Counted from the stretch's first letter, positions 23,690-37,440 are shown. The stretch is 64,000 nt of DNA from Octopus vulgaris (GCA_951406725.2 OX597817.1:162068001-162132000), one strand, 5' to 3'. The notes: generated by a model from the letters alone, not told the origin. Program-made: numbers and translations.

Positions 23690-24077
23690 GTGGAGGCGCA
23701 ATGGCCCAGTGGTTAGGATAGCGGACTCGCGGTCGTAGGATCACGGTTTCGATTCCCAGACCGGGCGTTGTGAGTGTTTATTGAGCGAAAACACCTAAAA
23801 CAGCTCCACGAGGCTCCGGCAAGGGATGGTGGTGATCCCTGCTGTACTCTTTCACCACAACTTTCTCTCACTCTTACTTCCTGTTTCTGTTGTACCTGTA
23901 TTTCAAAGGGCCGGCCTTGTCACTCTCTGTGTCGCGCTGAATAACCCCGAGAACTACGTTAAGGGTGCACGTGTCTGTGGAGTGCTCAGCCACTTACACG
24001 TTAATTTCACGAGCAGGCTGTTCCGTTGATCGGATCAACCGGAACCCTCGTCGTCGTAACCGACGGAGTGCTTCCAT
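23690..24077 (+). mobile_element. SINE family C
   Basis: 13-bp TSD GTATAAACCACCT at 23675-23687 and 24079-24091. Confidence 0.93.
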
Positions 24078-24096
24078 CGTATAAACCACCTATAGG

Positions 24097-24450
24097 TACA
24101 GGTGTGGTTGTGTGGTAAGAAGCTTGCTTCCCAACCACATGATTCCGGGTTCAGTCTCACTGTGTGGCACATTGGGCCGACCAAAGCCTTGTGAGTGGAT
24201 TTGGTAGACAGAAACTAAAGAAGTCTGCCATGTATGTGTATGTGTGTGTGTGTGTGTGCGTGTGAGTGTGCGCGCGATTTCCACTACCCCATCGCTTGTC
24301 AACCGATGTTGGTGTGTTTACGTCCCCATAGCTTAGCTGTTCGGCCAAAGAAACTAATAGAATTAGTACCAGGCTTTAAGAAATAGTACGGGCAATGCCC
24401 CAGCTTGAGCGCCGCCAAATGACTGAAACAAGTAAAAAAAGAAGATAAAA
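24097..24450 (+). mobile_element. SINE family B with deletions
   Basis: Family B blocks. Confidence 0.8.
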
Positions 24451-24712
24451 AATTAAACGAACCTCTTTTGACGACATTGCTAGCCTTGGATTAAATCATA
24501 AACTGATATATGACCGATGTAAAATTCCTTGTGACTGTCTACTATGACAAACTTTAGCAGGGATGTAAGCGGTGCAACCTAAGAAGGGATGTAATATTTA
24601 TCCCCACTTAAACGAGGATGTTCTGTTAGAACAAACTATACTGTGGTAGATACCACGAGAGATACTCCTATACTGGTTTTTGGCGCAAAATGCACTTGTG
24701 TTTATATCGCAC

Positions 24713-24758
24713 CCATAGATCGCGTGATTTCGACCTTCCTTGGTCTTTTCAATGATGG
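24713..24758 (-). ncRNA. Type I hammerhead motif with U3-A8 core variant
   Basis: CCATCA-TTGAAAA-GACC AAGGAA GGTC-GAAA-TCACGCGA-TC-TATGG. Confidence 0.62.
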
Positions 24759-25066
24759 ACGCCCGACCACTACAGGCAGCAGCAATTCATCTCCCTTCCA
24801 GCGGTTCTTTAAAAAAAAAAACGGCTATAAATTTCCCCACTACCCACCCCATTAAAGTACCAAGGATCAGTTTCCTGCAGCTGTAGTTTTTATTAAGAGG
24901 AATGCTAAGCTTTTAAACGTCACTAATGTAGTTGTGTAGTTAAAATTTTTGCTTCATATCTCATGGTTCCAGGTTCTTTCCTAGTGTGTGTCAATCTTAT
25001 TCAAGTGTCTGCTACTGTAGCTTTGAGTAATTGTTTGTTTTGTTCTTTTTTATATTTCCTTTATTC

Positions 25067-25103
<37 letters not shown>

Positions 25104-25339
25104 ATTAGTCTTACAGACCCTGCAGAAAGGTCAAGAAGTCTACCCTTACTTCTCTGACTAAATCACTAATACACTATAAAAATTTAGCTATTTGATGCTG
25201 TTGCTGCCCCTGCTCCTGCTGCTGCTGTTGCTGCCGCAGCTGCTGCTGCTGCTGCCACTGCTGCCACTGCTGCTATTAGCCTATGAAAGCGTTGTGTTGT
25301 TTTTATCTTTTATCACTAAGGTTCTACTTGTTTTAGAGC

Positions 25340-25718
25340 GTGGAGGCGCAATGGCCCAGTGGTTAGGGCAGCGGACTCGCGGTCATAGGATCGCGGTTTC
25401 GATTCCCAGACCGGGCGTTGTGAGTGTTTATTGAGCGAAAACACCTAATGGTGGTGATCCCTGCTGTACTCTTTCACCACAACTTTCTCTCTCTCTTACT
25501 TCCTGTTTCTGTTGTACCTGTATTTCAAAGGGCCGGCCTTGTCACTCTCTGTGTCACGCTGAATATCCCCTAGATAAGGGGATATTCAGCGTGACACGTT
25601 AAGGGTACACGTGTCTGTGGAGTGCTCAGCCACTTACACGTTAATTTCACGAGCAGGCTGTTCCGTTGATTCGGATCAACCGGAACCCTCGTCGTCGTGA
25701 CTGACGGAGTGCTTCCCC
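25340..25718 (+). mobile_element. SINE family C with internal deletion and inverted duplication
   Basis: 11-bp TSD ACTTGTTTTAG; perfect 21-bp-arm hairpin at 25551-25597. Confidence 0.9.
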
Positions 25719-26009
25719 ACTTGTTTTAGCCATTGGACTGTGGCCATACTGGGGTACTACCTTCTAGGGTTTAGACATATAAATCAAACACAACACTTAT
25801 TTTGTTTTTGTTATTTGTTTGAGTGTTTTTTTTTTTTTTAAGTCTGGCCCTTATTCTGTTGGACACTTGTGCTGAAACAAGCCAACACTGGACATCAAGC
25901 AGCGGTGGGGTACAAACACGAACGCAAAGACACACAGAGAAACCCATGCCAGCATGGACAACAAACATTAAATGATGATGATGATGATGATGATGATCAA
26001 TTAATTAAT

Positions 26010-26230
26010 AATAATCCTTTCTAATATAGGCACAAGGCCTCAAATTTGGGAAGGAGAGGGGGCTGGTTGATTTCATTGACCGCAGTGATCAACTGGTACT
26101 TATTCTATCCACCCTGGCAGGATAAATGACAAAGTCAACCACAGCAGAATTTGAACTCAAAACATAAAGGCAGACAAAATCCCAGCAAGCGTTTTGCCTG
26201 GCATGCTAACAATTCTGCCAGCTCGTTGTC
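26010..26230 (-). mobile_element. SINE family A, older subfamily
   Basis: Diverged A head and body with a different tail (..CCAAATTTGAGGCCTTGTGCC); related tails at 48850-49040 and 55480-55655. Confidence 0.7.
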
Positions 26231-26514
26231 TCAAATTAATAATAATATAAGAAGTGTAAAAGAACCAGGGCATGTGTTTATTATTGGTATGATGACCATT
26301 CCAAGATGCAATTAAAGAGTTAAGAGTTTTGAGAAAGGAACAATAAATAAAGTACCAGAAGAATAGGTGATAGGAAAACAATGGAGGAAATTTAAAAAGC
26401 AGTGCATGATGGGAAAGAATTCACAGATCAAAGAATGATGAAATATAATTAGCTAAGGATAATAGTGGATCTAAAGCTGAGAGAAGTGTGGCTTTATGCT
26501 GGATTTGAGTGGAT

Positions 26515-26900
26515 TGGAAGCACTCCGTCGGTTACAACGACGAGGGTTCCGGTTGATCCGAATCAACGGAACAGCCTGCTCGTGAAATTAACGTGTAAGT
26601 GGCTGAGCACTCCACAGACACGTGCACCCTTAACGTAGTTCTCGGGGATATTCAGCGTGACACAAGAGAGTGACAAGGCCGGCCCTTTGAAATACAGGTA
26701 CAACAGAAACAGGAAGTAAGAGTGAGAGAAAGTTGTGGTGAAAGAGTACAGCAGGGATCACCACCATCCTCTGCCAGAGCTTCGTGGAGCTTTAGGTGTT
26801 TTCGCTCAATAAACACTCACAACGCCCGGTCTGGGAATCGAAACCGTGATCCTATGACTGCGAGTCCGCTGCCCTAACCACTGGGCCATTGCGCCTCCAC
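26515..26900 (-). mobile_element. SINE family C
   Basis: 13-bp TSD GCTGGATTTGAGT at 26498-26510 and 26903-26915. Confidence 0.93.
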
Positions 26901-27044
26901 TCGCTGGATTTGAGTATGATAGCAGGGACAGGATTAGACAGGTTACTTGCAGTGGCGATGCTACATGGTAACTCACATTATAGAAAAGATAGTGATAATA
27001 ACTAGGATGGAGATAGAAAGAGAGATAAAATGTGAGATAGGTGA

Positions 27045-27450
27045 AGGAGTGGCTGTGTGGTAAGTAGCTTGCTTACCAACCACATGGTTCCAGGTTTAGT
27101 CCCACTGCGTGGCACCTTGGGCAAGTGTCTTCTGCTATAGCCTCGGGCTGACCAAAGTCTTGTGAGTGGATTGGGGAAACTGAAAGAAACCCGTCATATA
27201 TATGTACATATATATATGTATGTGTGTGTATATGTTTGCGTGTCTGTGTTTGACCCCCCCCCCAAAAAGAAAACATCGCTTGACAACCGATGCTGGTGTG
27301 TTTACGTCCCCGCTAAGTTACAGGGACGTAAACAATAGAATAAGTACTAGGCTTGCAAAGAATAAGTCCTGGAGTCGATTTGCTCGACTAAAGGTGGTGC
27401 TCCAGCATGGCCACAGTCAAATGACTGAAACAAATAAAAGTGTAAAAGAG
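27045..27450 (+). mobile_element. SINE family B
   Basis: Family B sequence. Confidence 0.88.
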
Positions 27451-28540
27451 TAGAGTATGTCAGGGTGAACTCTTAAAAAATACAAAGTGAACAGAAGTTA
27501 TAGGGTACAGAAGAACAGAGAGTGTGGATGGATAGAGGCTGCAAGAATGTAAGGGAGGAGCAAGAGATATTTAGGGATCGGGGAATAGGTGAAGGGATAA
27601 ATATAATGAATGGAAATCAAGTGTTGAGGGATAATAAATACATGCCCGTGAGAACAGGTAGTGACTGTAAAGATTGGGTAGGGTTGATGGGTGGATGGAA
27701 GAAATGGTAGCTAAGGGGTAGGGTAATCAATAATAAATATAAGTTAGGGGAAGTAGAGAGGGCCAACACTACAGAAAGGAGTGGAGAACAGGAGAATAGC
27801 AATAATGATACAGTAGATAAGGGAAGGATGGGATGATATATGGTTGGTTAAAATGCAAGAGTGTGAGGGGAAAAGCAGGCATTGTGTCTGGGGAGAGTGA
27901 AAGATGCATGATGATGGAGAAGGAGAGATAACTTAGTGGCCCTGAAGGGGGATCAATGTAAAACAAGAGTGGAGAGGGCAGAATTAAGAATGAAGAGTGA
28001 ATATCAAGTGAAATGATTCCAGGCATTAAAACACATCTAAGTATAGCTAGTATTATATAAAGAACAACCCTTCATCAGTTGTTGGCGGTCTATCTACTCC
28101 TCATTTCGAGCATTCAACCACAATATGAGTCTTCAAAGACAGTTGCTCCCATAAGTACCAAAGTAAAATTTGGGATTTATGGTGGGTCAAAGTTGGGAAC
28201 AAAAACAGGACAGTGGAAACATACAAGGAAACTGAACGAAAACATACATACACACACACACACACATATATGACAGGCTTCTTTCAGTTTCCATCAACCA
28301 AATCCACTTACAAAGCTTTGGTCAGCCCAAGGTTATAGTAGAAGACACTTGCTCAAGGTACCATGCAATGGGACTGAAACCAGAACCATGTGCTAAGGAA
28401 GCAAGCTTCTTACCACACAGCCATGCCTGTGTCTCTATATATATATATATATCCCCTTCCATATCAGTTAACTCTGATGAGCCCAAGGTTATATAACCGG
28501 ATTGTTACCTAACATTCCATTAATATATATATATATATAT

Positions 28541-28841
28541 AATTAAATAATAACGGTAGAATTTGATATTAATCAATTAAAACCAGTGGCTTAGCATATT
28601 TAAAAAAATCCAACGAATAAAAATTGCATTACATACAAAATTAAGAGGAATGACCACTAAAGTGGACACCTAATATGCTAAACATAGTCATCAAATTGGC
28701 ATTACCATGAAGATTGTGCTCTCAAGAAAAAATCTGCTGAGTATTTTCTTGAGAGCACATTCTTTGTGGTAATGGCAATTTGATGGCTATGTTTAGCATA
28801 TTAGGTGTCCACTTTAATGGTCATTCCTCTTAATTTTGTGT
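28541..28841. mobile_element. TA-flanked asymmetric fold-back element (probable PLE relic)
   Basis: ~100-bp inverted arms 28631-28730 and 28744-28841 plus an unpaired ~90-bp extension; homologous, in reverse orientation, to 49489-49762. Confidence 0.8.
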
Positions 28842-28844
28842 GCG

Positions 28845-28887
<43 letters not shown>

Positions 28888-28891
<4 letters not shown>

Positions 28892-29088
28892 GATCACAGT
28901 GACCAACCAGGCTATCAGGTGTTGCTACACATCGCTGGTCACAATGCGCTTCGCATTGTTTTAGGCTTCAAATGACACCACCCTGCTGGCTAAGCGAGTA
29001 GGTCAACAGAAGAAAGAGTGAGAAAGTTGTGGTGAAAGGTTACAGCAGGGATCGCCACCAGCCCCTGCCGGAGCCTCGTGGAGCTTTA
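28888..29088 (-). mobile_element. SINE family C body with tail type T3
   Basis: C body (GAGAAAGTTGTGGTGAAAG...GAGCCTCGTGGAGCTTTAG) joined to an unrelated tail. Confidence 0.65.
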
Positions 29089-29277
29089 GATAGATAGATA
29101 GATAGATAGAAATACACATACATATGTATATTACTATCATATTAAATCCGCATCTTTCACCCTGGGTGTCAGACAGAGGTTATTGAGGTAGACTTGCTCT
29201 GGCTGGATGCTCTTTCCTGTCACCAAACCTCACCTGTTTCCACGTAAGGTAATGTTTCTCTTTATTATTTATTTATG

Positions 29278-29583
29278 CACTCTTTTCAAGCCTAGCCAGG
29301 CTCATGGGACCAGTTTCCTGATTTCTATGGCATATGCATCCCCACCTCCCAGCTGGATGGGACACCAGTCCATCGTAGCGTTACCCAAGAAACAGGAAGA
29401 AAGAGTGAGAGAAAGTCGGGGCGAAAGAGTACAACAGGGGTCGCCACCAACCCCTACCGGAGCCTCGTGGAGCTTTAGGTGTTTGCGTTCAATAAACACA
29501 CACAACGCCCGGTCTGGGGATCGCAGTCGCGATCCTCCAACTGCGAGTCCGCTGCCAAAACCACTGGGCCATTGCACCTCCAC
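29278..29583 (-). mobile_element. SINE family C head/body with tail type T2
   Basis: C head; tail AAGCCTAGCCAGGCTC shared with the family D copy at 2478. Confidence 0.8.
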
Positions 29584-29723
29584 AATGTTTCTCTTTGGCC
29601 AGATATTTTCTTGTAGAATATTGGAAATAAATGACACTGCTTGTGTGACAGTGAAACTTATTTACAACCATTATATGATGTCAAAACGAAGACACACACA
29701 CACACACATATACATAATGCATA

Positions 29724-29724
<1 letters not shown>

Positions 29725-29756
<32 letters not shown>

Positions 29757-30008
29757 TTAACATATGTTTTACATCCTAGCATGGGTTGTATGGCTTGAAA
29801 CGAACTGGCAAGGCTAAAACCCACACCAGGTTCCATAGTCTGTCTTGGCTTGGTTTCTACAGCTGGATGCTCTCCCTAATGCCAACCACTTTACACAGTG
29901 TAGTGGGTGCCTTTTACGTGGCACCATCACCAGTGCTTTTCATGTGACGCCAGCACCAGTTCTTTTTATATGGCACCACCCACACACCCACACACCCACC
30001 CACCCACA

Positions 30009-30058
<50 letters not shown>

Positions 30059-30220
30059 CAACAGGATTCTTTCAGTTTCTGTCTAGCAAATCCACTCAAA
30101 AGGCTTTGGCTACCCTGCAGCTATATTACAATATACATTGGGATTGAACCCGGAACCATTTGGTTGGAAAGGGAACATCTTACCACTCAGCCATGCTCAT
30201 ATTTGGTAGATATCTCTGTA

Positions 30221-30252
<32 letters not shown>

Positions 30253-30545
30253 TGCCTATGTCTAGCTGAGAGTTCCTAATTCTGTGAGCACATAGGTACT
30301 GAATCCACATAGATTATATCTGTACAGGTGCCATGTAAGCACATGCATGCCAGTGCTGTATAAAAGCACCCCAGTACACTCTGTTAAGTGGTCAGCATTA
30401 GGAAGGGCATCAGGTCATAGAAACCATGCCAAAAACAGACAAGTGGAGCCTGGTGCAGCTATTCAGCTGGTAGCTCCTATCAAACCATCCAACCCATGCC
30501 AGCATGTAAAATGGGCGTTAAATGATGATGATGGTGGTGGTGGTG
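29725..30545. mobile_element. Two family E retroposon copies ((GAT)n tail) around a family B fragment
   Basis: TTAGGAAGGGCATC..AGAAAC..CCAACCCATGC.AGCATG..TTAAATGATGATG on minus (29725-29975) and plus (30325-30545). Confidence 0.7.
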
Positions 30546-30596
30546 ATGATGATGATGATGAGGAGGAGGAGGAGGAGGAGGAGGAGGGGAATATAC

Positions 30597-31422
30597 AGGC
30601 CTGGCTGTTTGGTAAAAAGCTTGCTTCCTAACTGCATGGTTCCGGGTTCAGTCCAACAGTGTGGCACCTTGGGCAAGTGTCTTCTAGTGTAACCTCGGGT
30701 AGACTTAAAGATTTGTGAGTGGATTTGGTAGAGGGAAACTGAAAGAAGCCTGTCGTATTTATGTGTATATATGTGTGTGTGTGTATGTGTCATTGTGCCT
30801 GTGTTTGACCCCCACCATTGCCTGACAACTGATGTTGGTGTGTTTATGTCGCTGTTACTTAGCGGTTCGGCAAAAGAGACCAATAAGATAAGTACTAGGC
30901 TTACAAAGAATAAGCACCAGCATGGCCACAGTCAAATGACTGAAACAAGTAAAAGAATAAAAGAATATATCTACATATGTATATATATATATATATTTAC
31001 ATCTATATATATAGGCGCAGGAGTGGCTGTGTGGTAAGTAGCTTGCTTACCAACCATATGGTTCCGAGTTCAGTCCCACTGCATGGCACCTCGGGCAAGT
31101 GTCTTCTACTATAGCCTCAGGCTGACCAAAGCCTTGTGAGTGGATTTGGTAGATGGAAACTGAAAGAAGCCCGTCATATAGATGTATATGTATATATATA
31201 TATATGTGTGTGTGTGCTTGTGTGTCTGTGTTTGTCACCCTCCTCCCAACATCGCTTGACAACCGATGCTGGTGTGTTTACATCCCCTTTCTTAACTTAG
31301 CTGTTCGGCAAAAGAGACCGATAGAATAAGTACTAGTAAGAGTAAGTCCTGGGGTCGATCTGTTTGACTAAGGGCAGTGCTCCAGCATGGCCACAGTCGC
31401 ATGACAGAAGAGAGTAAAAGAG
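30597..31422 (+). mobile_element. Two adjacent family B SINEs
   Basis: 30597-30965 and 31020-31422. Confidence 0.88.
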
Positions 31423-31807
31423 TATGTGTTTGAGATGGTAAATTGGCAGAGTTGTTAGAACATCAGGTGCAAAATGTGCTGCTGTATCAGCCCCAGCTCC
31501 CTCTGTGCACTGGGTTCAAGATCTGCTGAGGTCGAATGTACCTTGCAACCCCCACCCCATCCCATCAAACTAATGACACCATTATGGAAAAATCAGACAT
31601 GAAATGAATAAACGCATATGTACATATGATTAAATATATAATCTGTATGTGGATATATATGTGTGTGTGGGGGGGGGTGTATAGATAGAGAAAGACAGAT
31701 GTGAGAGTTTGAGGAATAGATGTACATGCTTACACTATATACACGCACAGACTTGGTCACACACATATACAAACATGTGTGTGTGTAATTTGCCTGTATA
31801 TGTATGA

Positions 31808-31868
31808 ATCTATCTATCTATCTATCAATCTATCTATCCATTAATCAACCTATATATCTATGTCTCTG

Positions 31869-31954
<86 letters not shown>

Positions 31955-31960
31955 TGTCTG

Positions 31961-32013
<53 letters not shown>

Positions 32014-32020
32014 TTGTCTT

Positions 32021-32073
<53 letters not shown>

Positions 32074-32074
32074 A

Positions 32075-32166
<92 letters not shown>

Positions 32167-32313
32167 CAGATAGATAGATATGTATCGACACACAAATATA
32201 CATGTACATATACACACACATACATATATTATGTACATACATACATTCATATATACATACATATATATATATATATATACAAACATGCATATACACAAAT
32301 ACACACACACACT

Positions 32314-32355
<42 letters not shown>

Positions 32356-32475
32356 CGTCCACACATATATACATATATATACACACACATACAGAAATAC
32401 ATGTACATACATGCATACACACACACACATACCTACCTACATACATGCACACATACATACGTGGATACATACATA
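31808..32475. repeat. (TATC)n abutting (GATA)n, then (CA/TA) microsatellite
   Basis: Orientation switch at ~32107 creates a long microsatellite palindrome. Confidence 0.95.
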
Positions 32476-32996
32476 GGTAAGTGGGTGTACAGAGGTTCGG
32501 CAGTGTATAGCTAATTACCATCTCCTGCACTTCTCTGTGGAAGATTCTGGAACCAGGGAACAAGGAGGAATACTGGCAGTCTCTTAATTGATTTTTCTCT
32601 TGTTTTTGCCATTGCTGTTGTTGTTGCTGTTGTTGTTGTTGTTGTTGTTGCTGCTGTGGTGTGGCTCGAGGTATTGTTGTTGTTGCTGTTGTAGTCGTTG
32701 TTATTGTGGCTTGTGTTGGCGGTGGTGGCGGTGGTTGTGGTGGTTGTGGCTGGCGGTGGTGATGTTAGTCACATTGGTCAGAGTGTTCAGGTGATAGTGG
32801 TGATGAGGATAATGGTAGAGGGGTATTGATGGCGCCGATGGTGAGGGTGACGGTATTGACAGTGGTTTTCTTGTTAATGTTTAGTGTTGTTGCTGCTGTT
32901 GTGGTTTAGCTCCAAGTCTGGTGCCGTTCTATAAAACCTATAACAGAAAGCATTCCAGCCATGACCATCTCATCCGTTTCATATATGTATATATTG

Positions 32997-33030
<34 letters not shown>

Positions 33031-33084
33031 TATGTGTTGTGTGTGTATATATATATATGTACATGTATGTATGTATGTATATAT

Positions 33085-33195
<111 letters not shown>

Positions 33196-33399
33196 TAGAT
33201 AGATAGATAGATATGCGTGTGTGAGTGTATGTGTGTGTGTGTATGTGTGTATGTGTGCGTGTGTATGAGAAAGGCAGCATTTTCGAATGCATCCTTTTAT
33301 TTTTATCAAAGACAGCAGTGTGTGATTTGAGGGAGATTTGGTTGCCATGTCATGTAGGTCAAATGACCACATATAGACTCCTCTGTTGAAGTTGTCAGC

Positions 33400-36190
33400 A
33401 GCGGTGGTAGTGGTGGTGGTGGTGGTGGCAGGGATGGTCCATTGTTGGTGATGGTGTAGGTAAGGGTGGTGGAGATGATGGTGATAGTGGTGGTGCTGGT
33501 GTTGGTGGTAGTGATGGTGGTAGTGTTGGTGATGGTGGATGTACTGGTGAAAGTGGCGATGGTTGTGGTGGTGATTGTGGAAAGGATGATGTGGTATAGG
33601 TGGTGGTAGATGCGACATTGTGATGGTGGCTTTGGTTATAGTACTGTTGGCCGTGATGGTGTAGAGATGGTGGTAGTGGTAGTGATGATAGTGGTTCTGG
33701 TGGTAGTAGAAGTGGTGATGGTGGTGGCGATGGTGGGGGTGGTGGGGGTGGTGTTGGTTGTGGTTGTGGTGGTGGTGGTGGTGGTGGATATGATAGGGAT
33801 AGTGGCTGTAGTAGTTATGGTAGTGGTGGTGGTTGTTTTGGTGGTAGTAGAAGTGGTGATGGTGTTACTGATGGTGGTGGCGGTGTTGGTGGTGGTGATG
33901 ATAGTGATGGTGGCTGTAGTAGTTATGGTAGGGGTAGTGGTTGTTTCGGTGGTAGTAGAAGTGGTGATGGTGTTAGTGATTGTGGTGGCGATGGTGGTAG
34001 TGGTGGTTGTGGTGGTGATGGTGATCATAGCAATGATGGTTGAGGTGGTGATGATTGCAGTGGTGGTGGTCGCAACAGTGGTATTAGTGCCGTTTGCAAT
34101 GCTGGCACTCTTATAGGTAAGTTGCATTAACGGTATAGGTGACAGCGGTGACTGGTGTTCTTATTGTTGTCGTTGCTGATGGTAGCGATGGTACAACGAT
34201 AAAACATTGTATAAGGCGAGTGGTAACGTAATGGTATCGCATATTTGATGTTGTTGTAGTTGTTGTTGCTGAAGATGGTGATGATGGGGATGATGATGAT
34301 GATGTTAGTAGGGGTGATGGTCATAGCTGTACTGGTGATAGCAACGGTTGCAGTATAAGTGATGGCGATGGTAGCGATGGTGGTGGTGGTGGTGGTGGTG
34401 GTGGTGGTGGTGATGGTAATGGTAACGATACTGGTAATGATGGTGGTAGTATTGGTGGTGGTGATGCTGGTGGTGGTGGTTGTGATGATTATGGTAGTGG
34501 TTGCGATGGTGGTGATGGTGATGGTACTGGTGGTGGTGATAGTGGTGGTGGTGTTGGTCGTCGTGATGGTACTGTTGGTGGTGGTGGTGGTTGTGCTGGT
34601 GGTGGTGGTGGTGGTGGTAGTGGTGGTGGTGGTGGTGGTGGTGGTGGTGGTGGTGGTGGCAGTGATGGTACTGTTGGTGGTGGTGGTGGTGATGGTGATG
34701 ATACCTAAGGTGGAGATGATGCTGTAGATAACATTCCTGCTGACGATGATGATGATGATGATGATGGTTGTCGACGTTGATGATGGTGGTGGCGGTGGTG
34801 GTGCCGGTGGTGCCGGTGGTGATGGTGGCAGCGGCGGCAGCAGTTACGGTTGGCAGTTATACTAAAGTGATGTATGGGTGTTTAGCAGTGGTAATGACGG
34901 TGAAGGTGATGGTGATGGTGCTGGTGGTAGTGTGGGTGATGGTCGTGATGGTAGAGGCGGCGTCGGTGGCGGTGGTGGTGGTGAAGCTAAATGTGTGTGT
35001 GTGTGTGTGTGTGTCTGATGCTGTTTGGTAGCTATAGCAATGGGAACGATGCTGCAGGTGGGGACGGGGATGGGGATGGGGGGGGGAGAAGGGTGTTGAT
35101 GTGGTTCAAGCGGTGGTGGGGGAGGGGAGGGAAACTAGTGTAGATGGCGCTGGCTGGCTGGCCATCGCAATGGTGGCGTCGGTGGCGGCGATGCCATTGA
35201 AGATGGTGGTGGTGGTGGTGGTGGCGGCGGTGTTCGGGGGGGGGGGTAGAGTTGACAGTGGTGGCAATGGTGGTGGTGGTGGAGGGGGTGATAGTGGTGG
35301 TGGTGGTGGTGATAGGGTGATAGGGTAATAGTGGTGGTGTGGTGGTGGTGGTGGTGGTGGTGGTTTCTGGTGGTGGTGTTGGTGCCAGCAGCTACTGCAG
35401 TGATGGCTGTGGTGCGGGCAGTAGTGGAGACTGGTTTCTCTACTATTACTACTACTACTACGACTACTACGACTACTACTACCACTGCTGCTGCTGCTGC
35501 TGCTATAGCTGATAGTAATAGTAGTAGTAGTAGTAGTAGCAGCAATGGTAAATGCTTATATCATTGATGGTGGCATAGGCGTGATGTCGATGTCATGTTG
35601 GAACAAGCAGTGGTGATGGCAGGGACGATGAGGACATTGATGGTGATGGTGGTGATGGTGGTGGTGGTGGTGATGATGGTGATGGTGGTGATGGTGGTGG
35701 TGGTGGTGATGATGGTGATGGTGGTGATGGTGGTGATGGTGGTGATGGTGGTGGTGGTGGTGGTGATGGTGGTGGTGGTGGTGGCGGTGGCAGTGGTGAC
35801 AGTGATGGTGGTAGTAGTAGTGGTGGTGGTGGTGGTGATGGTGGTGGTGGTGGTGGTGGTGGTGATGGTGGTGGCGGTTGTGATGGTGGTGGTGATGATG
35901 GTGATGGTGGTATTGGTGGTGGTGGTGGTGGTGGTGGTGGTGATGGTGGTAGTAGTGGTGGTGGTGGTGGTGGTGGTGGTGGTGGTGGTGGTGGTGTCGG
36001 TGGCGATAACATTTGCTATGGTGATTATGGTAGTGATTGCGATGGTGGTGATGGTGATGGTGATGGTGGTGGTGGTGGTGGTGGTGGTGGTGGTTGTGGT
36101 GGTGGCGGTGACGGCAACAGCAGCAGCAGCAATAGCGGCAGCAGCAACAGCAGTGGCAGTGGTAGCGATGGCTGTGGTGCTGGTGTAGGT
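33400..36190. repeat. Degenerate (GGT/GAT/AGT)n trinucleotide low-complexity block
   Basis: Seen directly; yields poly-V/H/P/T pseudo-ORFs. Confidence 0.9.
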
Positions 36191-36289
36191 ATGGTTGTGG
36201 CAACGGAGTACAAAAGAAGGAACTAGAAGACTAGGAAGGGAAAATGGCAGACATACTCAGATGATGCACGTGTGTGTAAATGTGTGGTC

Positions 36290-37440
36290 GTCTGTTTCTT
36301 CAGTTTTCTTCATTTTCTTCTTCTTCTTCTTCTTTGCCATTCCTTCTTATCTTCCTCTTTTTCTATTTTCTACTCTACTTCTTCTCTCTTCTATTTCTCT
36401 TTTCCTTCATTTTTCATTCAACTTCACTCTTTGTTCTTCTTCTTCTTTCTCCTCTTCTTCTTTTTCTTCTTCCACAATCCTTCTCCTTCTTCTTTTTCCT
36501 TCTCCCCTCCTCCCCGCTCTTCGTTTTCTTCTTTCTTTTCTTTTCTTCAACTGCCGCCTTTTTTTCTCCTTCATTTCATCATTCACCATCTCTCTTCACT
36601 CATCTTCATCAATCATCTTCAATCTCCACTTTCTTTTCCATCAATCTTCTTCAATCACCAACAGTCTTCTTCACACTTCAGTCATTCTTAACTCCCTTTT
36701 CACTCTTCTCTAGTTACATCATCACACATCGTCACTCACCATAACTCTTCTCCTCTCACTGTCTTTCTTACTGCTTGCTTCTTCACTCTTCTACAGTCAC
36801 TTCTTTCTTCATCTGCTTCTAATTTTTCTTCTCCTACTTCCTTTTTCTTTTCCTTCTCTTTCATCTATCAGTCTTTCTTTCTTTATCTTTTTCCTCCCTC
36901 TTTTTTCCTCTTCTTCCTCTTCTTCCACTCCTTTTCATCATCATCTTTTCCTTTCTCTTTCTCTTCCTCTTTCTGCTTTGTATTTTTTTCCTTTTCACTT
37001 TCTTTTTATCTTCATTTTCTTCTTCCTGTAGTTCTTCTTCTTCTTCTTCTTCTTCTTCATCTTTCCCTTTCTATTTTTCCTTCATTTTTATCTTCATTTT
37101 CTTCTTCCTATAGTTCTTCTTCTTCTTCTTCTTCTCTTCTTCTTCTTCTTCTTCTTCTTCTTCTTCTTCTTCTTCTTCATCATCATCATCATCATCATCT
37201 TTCCCCTTCTATTTTTCCTTCTTTACCTTCTCGCTCTCCTCTTCTTTCTTTTCATCACATCTTTCTTCTTTCTTTATTTTCCTCCTTCTCCTCCTCCTTC
37301 CATTTGTCCTTCTTCTTGTCCATCGTCATTACCATCGTCATCATCATCACCATCATCATCCTCATATTCTTCCTCTCCTCCTTCTCCTTCTTTTTCTTCC
37401 TCCTCCTCCACCTCCTTTCTCGCCCTGCCCTTCACCCTAC
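36290..37440. repeat. Polypyrimidine (CTT/CT/CAT) low-complexity block
   Basis: Seen directly. Confidence 0.9.

Noticed and set aside
23690-23765. tRNA-like sequence with TCG anticodon (and other SINE heads)
   Set aside because: No proper acceptor stem; continuous with SINE bodies and TSDs, so not tRNA genes.
28474-28530. CTGATGAGCCC hammerhead start
   Set aside because: No GAAA or stem III follows; at most a truncated relic.
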